Source: Bugula neritina (taxonomy: Eukaryota > Animalia > Bryozoa). Taken from it: DNA of 64,000 nucleotides. Positions within the stretch are counted from its first letter, which is position 1; each line of letters begins with the position of its first letter. The translations under genes and the position numbers were made by a program. The stretch is taken from the NCBI GenBank assembly GCA_964035545.1, contig OZ037771.1, forward strand, positions 11,970,480 to 12,034,479, read 5' to 3'. The notes under the pieces were generated by a model. It was given only the letters and a program-made list of their open reading frames with translations. It searched no databases and was not told the DNA's origin. This document shows positions 40,761-50,300 of this stretch, in pieces.

Positions 40761-40843
40761 CAACTATGAGTCATCAGTCCAGTCACTATGAGTCATCAGC
40801 ACAACAACTATGAGTCATCAGTCCATTCACTATGAGTCATCAG
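40761..40843. repeat. Four-copy tandem repeat of about 22 bp (ACTATGAGTCATCAG core)
   Basis: Directly visible. Confidence 0.85.
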
Positions 40844-41397
40844 TATAGATCTTGAAAGGCACAAGTCTGAGCTGCAGGTTAAACAAGCTATGGATATAAT
40901 TTATTCAGATCTTAAATCAGATCTTAAAATATACAACTTTTAAATCACAATTTTTGGGACGTAATAATAATTTACAAAGGTTGAAAAAATAAATCACAAA
41001 AAGCAAAATATCTAAAGACACAGTAATATAACTTCAAAAGACACGATGATCCAAATAACATAAATATAGTTGGAATGTACATTGAACTATAACTGGATAA
41101 AACCTATGGAAAATTGAGTTCATTGGGAATGTAATGTATTTCCTAATAATATTTAAACAGGAATAACTTATGAAACATGTCAACATTGCAGGTCCTTCAC
41201 TGCATCAGATGATAACAAAATAAAAACAAACAATAAAATTATAACAACATTGTCTCAAAGTTAATATTGATTGAGCAAAAAGAGTATCAATGCTACAATC
41301 CAAGTTAATATATTATTCTCAAAATAACGTATTTAAGTCACCACATTTGAGTGATTGTCTTAGGGCAACTTGTTTGTGTCATTCATTTTGATTGGTT

Positions 41398-44300
41398 TCA
41401 AGAAATCCTATCTGTGTCAAGGTCAGAACTGCTTGAGCAAGTATCATATTCTCGATTCACCACACGGTGTGTGGTTATAAAAGGGTTGGCAAACTTCTTA
41501 GTAGTGTAAAGCACCTGGGAGAGATAAGAACAGACTATCAACAAAATAAACAATGAAATCACCAGGTAATTTAGCATACTGAGTAACAACATGTGCAGAC
41601 CACCTCGTAGCCACTACAATCAGCAAGGAGGTGTGTAGTTGCAGCAACAATTCTTTACTTCACCATACAGTATTCATTAAGAAATTAGGGGGGCGGAAAA
41701 CTTGCCATCCTGCCTTATCGGGTCTAAATTATTAAATTAGCGGAGTCAAGACTGAGAGGCAAGTCCTCTAGCAAAAAGAGAAATGCAGCTGATTGCTGGA
41801 AAATATTTGAAATAGCAAATATGAGGAAGATGTTAGTTATCAGCAATTTTCAACTTTAAAACTCCTAACAAAAAAAATTATAAAAAGATTATTATATCAC
41901 AATTCCTTAGCAAGCCTTAACTTCTGTACTCACACACAAGAGAGCTACAGTACCTGTACTCATACACAAGAGAGCTACAGTACCTGTACTCACACACAAG
42001 AGAGCTACAGTATCTGTACTCACACACAAGAGAGCTACAGTACCTGTACTCACACACAAGAGAGTTACAATATATGTACTCACACACAAAAGAGCTACAG
42101 TATCTGTACTTACACACAAGAGAGCTACAATATCTGTACTCATACACAAGGGAGCTACAGTATCTGTACTCACACACAAGAGAGCTACAGTACCTGTACT
42201 CACACACAAGAGAGTTACAATATATGTACTCACACACAAAAGAGATACAGTATCTGTACTTACACACAAGAGAGCTACAATATCTGTACTCATACACAAG
42301 GGAGCTACAGTATCTGTACTCACACACAAGAGAGCTACAGTACCTGTACTCACACACAAGAGAGTTACAATATATGTACTCACACACAAAAGAGATACAG
42401 TATCTGTACTCACACACAAGAGAGCTACATTATCTGTACTAATACACAAGAGAGCTACAATATATGTACTCACACACAAGAGAGCTACAATATCTGTACT
42501 CACACACAAGAGAGCTACAGTATATGTACTCATACACAAGAGAGCTACAGTATATGTACTCACACACAAGAGAGCTACAGTATATGTACTCACACACAAG
42601 AGAGCTACAACTGTGCCAATAGTGAAGCCAGCTAAGACGTCAGTTGGATGATGTTTATTGTCCATAACTCTGGAGAGACCACAGAACCAGGCCATACAGA
42701 TGAGGATAAACTGGATGACGTGTTTCACCAGGTAAGTGTAGTCAAAGCGTGGAACTCGCTGCTGTACATAACACTGCAGAAAATAAAAACAAGGAATCAA
42801 TTATAGTATTTTTATTCTGCACTGCACCGCGTGTTGTATGCTGTCTTTAGAATCTAGAACACTAGAACACCTACCAGGACATCTGCTGATAAATCTTAAA
42901 ATTAATAAGAAATTACAAAAGTATTTTAATTGATTGATTTATTGCATATCACAGATATAACAACATGTCGCAAAAAAAAGGTCAGGGTAAATAATGGCTA
43001 TAAAAGTAACAGGCAGAGAGATTTATTACTTTTATGGTGAGAAAACCAGAAGAAGATAACCCATCACAATCTTGTTCAATCGGCGGCACTTACTGAGAGA
43101 TAGGTGGCAGCAAAGGCAGCACCGGACGCATGTGCAGAAGGGAAAGACGTCCTCAGCTCATATTCCTCCATCTGATCAACAGCCAGACACGTGAAGTTGG
43201 TGATATACTGACCGTCAAAGCAGGACGACAACTCCACACTTGGCTGACACGCTTTCACGAAGTTAGGTCTCAGTTGACCAGAGCTGTACTTGGCTATGTC
43301 AGTAACAGCTGGAAATATTATCAGTATGAGTCATGGTAACAAAATGGCAGCTGCCTACTGTATCAGTTAGTAAAGATATGCTTTCTCAACACTAAACAGT
43401 TAAGTTTTCGATTATAAAAACTCCAACATGTATTAACATAGTCAATAGATTAGAAATACACATACAGCATATTATAATATCAGTAACAAGATTAGTGTTG
43501 GTTCAACAATGAAATAAAAGCCACAAAATACTAGAAAAACTTTGGACAAAAACTATTATTTGTCTAAATTTGGCTGCGAATGTATGTTAAAAGCAGTAGA
43601 CTTTGCATCAAATTGTGATGGTAATATGGTGAAGGAAATGAGAAAGGTTAAAAATAATACATGTATAATCGATTTCAGCTGAACATCTCACATGATAAGT
43701 CCGGCAAGGTTTGCTAGAATGTGCATAGGTTAGCAAATGGTTTCCTAACAAAATTGAAAGAAATTGAAATATGGCGGTTAAGATTAAGCTGACTCATAAA
43801 AGATTCACAATAAGCTTACACTGAGTGATTAAAGATCCAAATAACATCATGAAGTAGAAAGAGAAAATACTGTATAGGCAAGGATTTACAGAACAGCAGC
43901 AGACATCTTTATTAGGAATGACAACTCCCTGTCCCAGAGCTCTTCTGTATTGCAACACTTCAGTCACTATAAACTAGAACAAGTTAAGTTTATTAGTTAG
44001 CATTTGAGTAGAAAAGGTTCGAGATAGTAAGAGAAAAAGATTTGATATCAAAAAATATGTAACAAGCCTGACCAGCACTTACCAGCACGGCAGAGATGGT
44101 AAATGCTACGGCAGCTACAAGCCAACTTGGTAATGTAGTCTTCATATTAGGATACAGAATAGTTGGATCATTACAGAAAAAACCTCTTTTTGTTGGTGAA
44201 ACTTTCCCAATGTAAATCACAAGAGTTGGGGAAATCACTAAAAATTATTGTAAAATCATAATTCTATGATTAAACCATATGACTACTAGCCGACTCACTA

Positions 44301-47300
44301 AGAACTGCCCTTTTTTCATTGTCCCGCCCCCTTCCTCGTCACCTGCCCTGTATGCAAATTCTGATGCTACAAGAGGGTGCAGATATGGCAGCCCTAAACA
44401 TGCTCATAAGTAATAAAGTGACTTGATTAAAAAATCCTATCTTAAGCTACAATGTATTTGTTGTTAGCATAGACACTAATCTATAAAATATTTAGGTTAG
44501 CTTAGATTACAGTCGTTTACATTGATCTCAATACCGCCATTGCAATCATAAATGCTAATATTCATATTGGCAGTCATAGCCATAGTAGACATATGAAAGT
44601 ACTAATGCTATTATTGAAACTTTTCAACCACCCATGGCAACAATTAATAAGTTAGGTGCATGTTCTCTTAATAATGATACTTTCAATCGCAGAGTGAGCG
44701 TCACAAAATTCTTATACTCATATCCGTGTACTAAGTAAAATTATCAAGAGTTTTACTAATATTGATAAATTTTCATTACTACAGTAGAGATAACTATCAC
44801 TTAATGTCTGGCTATCCTATGATACTCTATGAGTCCACAATAAGTATGAAGTAAAAACACTACAAGTACAAGACTAAAACTGTAACTTATTCTTAGGGCG
44901 AGAGTCGATAGAAGTCGGTGTAATTAATTTCTTAGCAATACTAATACCAATAGTTACTAAAAGTAAAAGTAAATAAACTAGAAGTAGAACTAAAAAAAAT
45001 CTATCATTGAAAATAATTATATATTAATTTTAATTAATTAAACTAATTAATTAAAATTACCGTAGTATTACTATTAGTATCACTAACAGTAATAGTATCA
45101 AAAATAATATGGTGTAGTGAGGACGTAATACGCGCGTCCCCCAAACGCCTTCAGCCTATCGGAGTGCGTCACGTGATAACCCTCAGCGAGTAGTAGTTTA
45201 TCAGTAGAGAGAGCGTACTAACTAAGCGAAGATGTAATTTCTAATCTGTGTACGTGTTGTATCTTTCTATATAATTAGTAGCGAATAAACTTTGTAAACT
45301 CTTACTTAAATACTTTATTGATGTGAATAAATAGACTATAATTACAAGCTAGGAACCCACGCATAGTAATTGCACAAATTACTACAGTGGTGGCAGCGGT
45401 GGGATTTCTAGCTACTATATAAGGACAATGAGAAGTATTAGAACATCATGGACGAGAGTGTAACTTCAATGGAAGAAGGTGAGCGAAACATTATTATAGG
45501 CCCTCTCGGAGCTGGAGAGGAGGTATATAGGAACACATTGGAGGTTCCCGTGTTCACGGGCCTCGAGGACGTTGAACAGTTCGTCCAAGAGTTCCGTGAA
45601 GTTGCAGCCATTACAAGATGGCCGCCAAGAGTAACTTTTACGAAACTGCGGATGGCACTGACGGAAGAAGCCAAGCCGTACGGGTGGAAGCCTAGCGTAA
45701 ACGGGATCATTGCTACACTACGGGCCCGTTTTGGCATGCCCGTTGCCGTCGCCAAGTCCAGGCTGCGAGGATTACTCCGCAAGACATGTACACCGCTTCC
45801 TGACCACGCCACTCTGGTGCAGAGACTGGCACGGACCGCGTATAGCGATCTGCCAGAAACACACAGACGGCACTATACATTCGAAGCCTTTGTACAGTCC
45901 CTCAACTATTTAGACTTCCACCACCAGTTACAAGCCAAGGGAGTAACCACGATCGAGGCTGCAATCCAGGAGAACAAGGCCTACGCTGGAGCCGAGCGAC
46001 TCTATAAGATGGAAGAGGCCACTCCCCAGACCTCTAGGGAACCAGACCATCCGGTCCGCATAGCTGCCGCGACCATTAAACCCCCCATAGAGATGGAGAT
46101 AAGCCGCTTGATGACTAAATTGGGACAATTGGTGGCGACGATAACATACAACCACTCAAGGAAGAGTAAGAAGACGGCCGCAAAGCCCCCCAGACCTATG
46201 ATGCGACGCTGGGAAAGCGGCAACCAGGGGCACCGCCGCCCAAGCGGCCCACGATTCCAACGGCAGCAGTAGCCACAACCTCCCTGGAGACCTCCAAAGC
46301 TCCGCGGGCCCAAACCGAGAGGAAAACGGGGTGGATGTCGCCAGGAGCCCGTACGGGCCCAGCGGCACGCCCCCCATCAATGGCAAACACCCCGGCGAAC
46401 CAGCCAACCGGGTCGACCACGACACCCCTTCTCTCTGCCTCTCACCAACCGCTTCGGTCCGTTACCAGTAATGGAACAGACCAGCGAGGCCCCTCAGGGC
46501 ATCGGGGGGGATCAAAACACCTTCCCGCAAGGAAACTCTCACCGGCCCCGCAAACCGCGGAACAAACGGGCACAGCCCCGTTCGGCCGAGACCGAGCACG
46601 CTGGGGGAGTACGGGTACAACCCCACGGAGGCAGCTACTTCTTGCCAGGGAAGGTGGCCGGTAAAGCTGTCACCTTCCTGTTAGACTCCGGGTGTACCAC
46701 TAATCTCCTCAGCCGTCGGGTCTTCGACACCCTCCCTCTCAAGGAGAGGGGAGCCTTAGCTCCCTATACCGGGGAACCGGGCACCCTAGCTGACGGGTCA
46801 CGGATTCCTTTCTACGGTATCATAGAAGTGACTGGGCGCGTCCGCGACCAGGCCATTCAGGAAACCTTCGTCATCAGCCCACTGGAGGAAGATGCCATAC
46901 TGGGGATGCCGTTCTTGAAGAGACACGGGTGCCATATCGACTTTAGCAAGTCAGCCATGCTAATGGGCGGCAAAGAGCTCACCTGTGTCGACAAGTTCGG
47001 TCGTCCCCTAGCGGGAGGTGTGCAGGTAGTACGGAACTGTACTATACCCGGCCGCTCCTGGGCTACCGTTCACTGCAGAGTGAACAATAGCCAACTCTCG
47101 GGGTTAGGGGTTGTCGAAGGTGCGCACACTAGAATCCAACTCGCCAGCAGTCTTAACCGGCTGACTGACCGAGGAGAGATCTTGGTGCAGTGTGTCAACC
47201 CCTTCTCCGAAGCGGTACAATTACCGTCAGGATCCATGCTGGGTCGCTTCCACTCCATCCAGGAGGAGGATATAGGGCCGTCGCTGGGAGCTGCGACGGA

Positions 47301-50300
47301 AGGTCCCCAACAGAGCCCGTCAGTTAGGCGGGGGACCGTCCCACCACACGTCAAAGAGCTATACCAGGCAGCGTGTGACGGCTGCACGGGCAACGTGGAA
47401 CGCCAGACTATGGCTCAGTTGCTACGTGATTATAGCGACGTGTTCAGCAGTGGGGACCATGACGTCGGCCTGACCACGGCCGTCCGTCATGAGATACCGC
47501 TTGCTGCAGAGACTACCCCTATTCGACAGCCCACTAGGAGGCTGGGACCCGAAAAGGAAAAGGAGGTCAGCCAACAAGTCCGGGATCTTTTGGACCGCGG
47601 CCTCATCGAGCCAGCACATAGTGCGTGGAGTTCGCCGGTCGTTCTGGTCCGAAAGAAAGACGGCAATTGGCGGTTCTGTGTGGATTATCGCAAGCTCAAT
47701 AGCGTGACCATACAGGACGCCTACCCCTTACCCAGGATCGACGAATCTCTGGACGCCTTAGCCGGCAGCAAGTACTTCAGTACGCTAGACTTGTTGAGCG
47801 GCTATTGGCAGGTCCCCCTCAGCCCAGACGCCCAGGAGAAGGCGGCGTTCATCACGCGGGACGGCTTATGGAAGTGGAAGGTCCTTCCCTTCGGACTGAC
47901 TTTTGCCCCCGCCACGTTCCAGCGGCTCATGGAACAGGTCCTCAGTGGACTGCACTGGAAGACACTGCTAGTATACCTCGACGACGTCATCGTGATCTCC
48001 CCAGACTTTCAGACACACGTCAGCCGTCTGCGGGAGGTCTTCGATCGACTCCGAGGCGCCAATCTGAAGCTCAAACCCTCCAAGTGCGCTCTCTTGCAGC
48101 CAGAGGTGAAGTACCTGGGGCACGTCGTCGGCCGTCACGGTGTGGCGACGGATCCTGAAAAGGTACGAGCTATAGAAGATTGGGTAACCCCCAGGATTTG
48201 ACCGGACTACGGGCTTTCCTGGGGCTGGTAGGGTATTACAGGCAATACATACCAGACTTTGCGGGGGTAGCGCAGCCATTAAACCGGCTCACCGCAAAGG
48301 GGGTGACCTGGCAGTGGACTCCCGTCGAACAGAGAGCGTTCGACTGCCTCAAGGGCCGCCTGCTGGAGGCCCCTATCCTGGCCTATCCAGACCCTGCCCT
48401 GGAGTACATCCTCGATACTGACGCCAGTGACCAAAATGTTGGCGCTGTGCTGTCCCAGGTGCAGGAGGGCCGCGAAGTAGTCGTGGCCTACTACAGTAAG
48501 TCTCTCTCGCCCACTGAACGAAATTACTGCACTACCCGAAAGGAATTACTGGCAGTAATCAAGTCAGTGAAGCATTTCAGACCTTATCTATACGGCAGGA
48601 AGTTCCGCTTGCGGACCGACCACGCCTCCTTGATTTGGTTATGCAAGAGAGCAGAACGGTCCAGCCAAGTCGCCCGATGGCTCGAGGTCCTGGCCGAGTT
48701 CTCTTACCGGATCGAGCACCGACCCGGTAAGAAACACGGCAATGCTGATGGACTGAGCCGGCGACCGGACGAGGGGTGTAAACAGTGCCTCAACATCGAG
48801 AAGAGGGACGGAGGTCCTCCAAAACCCGAGTTGAGAGCACTGAACCACTCTGAAACGGAGTATGACTGGGACCAGGGTCAACTCCTACAGAAGGCCGCTA
48901 CGCCCCCGGGGGCTATCCAACGCCTCCGTGCCAATCCTGTTTTGGCTGATAACGTTAGGGAGCTACGAAGACTCTAGGAGGACCTCCCTGGAGTGGTAGC
49001 CGACGTATATCGTGCCAAAAAGGAGGGGCGACGACCCAGTGAAGAACAACTGCGACAGGGATGCACCGAGTTACGGTCGTACTGTCAACGTTGGGACTCC
49101 CTGCGGATCGGGCCAGATGGTCTGCTGACCATCACAGTGGCTGCTCACAACAACCAGTACGGCAGGAAGAGGGTGATCTGCCCAGCCGCCATACGCCGGG
49201 AGTTAGTATGGGACACCCACAAACAGGCCCACGCCGGGGTGAGCAGGGTGCTCTCCAAGTTACAACTCCGGTGGTACTGGCCCGGCATGGAGCGTGAGGT
49301 CTGGCGTAGAGTCAAACAATGCGAAATCTGCCAGGCCAGCAAGCATGGCCGTCTCCCTGGCGTAGCGGGACGGCGTAGGCTATATGCTGGGAGGCCGTGG
49401 CAGGTGGTAGCTATCGACCTAGTCGGACCCATGCCCGTCACCCCCAGAGGAAACAGTTGGATCCTAGTATTAACCGACCACTTTACGCGGTGGGCGGACG
49501 CCCTGGCTATTCCAGATGCGTCCGCCCCCACGGTGGCCAGGGTGCTAGACCAAAATGTATTCTGCTATCTTGGACTACCTGAGCAAATACATTCGGACCA
49601 GGGGGCTCAATTCCAGTCCCAACTGTTGAGCGACCTCTGCCGCCTCTGGGGAGTAAACCAAAGCCGGACCACCCCGTACCATCCTCAGGGCAACGGGGTG
49701 GTGGAACGCAACAACCGCATGTTGGGCGATACACTGCGCAGTCTGCTCCTCGGCCGGGGTCAGGAGGAGTGGGATACGGTACTGCCGCAAGTCATGCGGG
49801 CCTACCGTAGTACACCACACACCAGTACGGGGGAAACCCCTAACTTCCTGATGCTCGGTCGAGAGACGCGAGTGCCTGACCACCTCACATACCACATCCC
49901 AGAGCAGGACTATACCATCCACGAGTATGCCAGTAAATTGATAGAGGACCTGAGGGCCGCACACGAAATACTGCGGGCGAAGCAGTGGCAGGTACGGCGA
50001 GAGGACTCTCAGGAACCACCCCTCTATCAAACTGGGGACTGGGTGTGGATGGTCAACTACCGTAGGCGTCGAGGACAAGCGGCTAAGCTCCAGCCTAAGT
50101 TTGTGGGACCCTACGTAGTAGTTGAGGCTATGCCCAATCATACGTACAAGTTGGAGCGATCTGGACAGGTCTCTGTCCAGAACGAAGCCCGCTTGAAACC
50201 GTATTGGGCTAGCCCAGGAGCAGCAGGAGCAGCCCCCCCCCCCCCCCCCCCGTTGTTGGAGCCCAGGAGGCAGACAGTAACGCGCGGGCGGCAACGGCAT

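Noticed and set aside
40761-40843. CTGATGA motifs as hammerheads (also about 40309)
   Set aside because: No stem II followed by GAAA.
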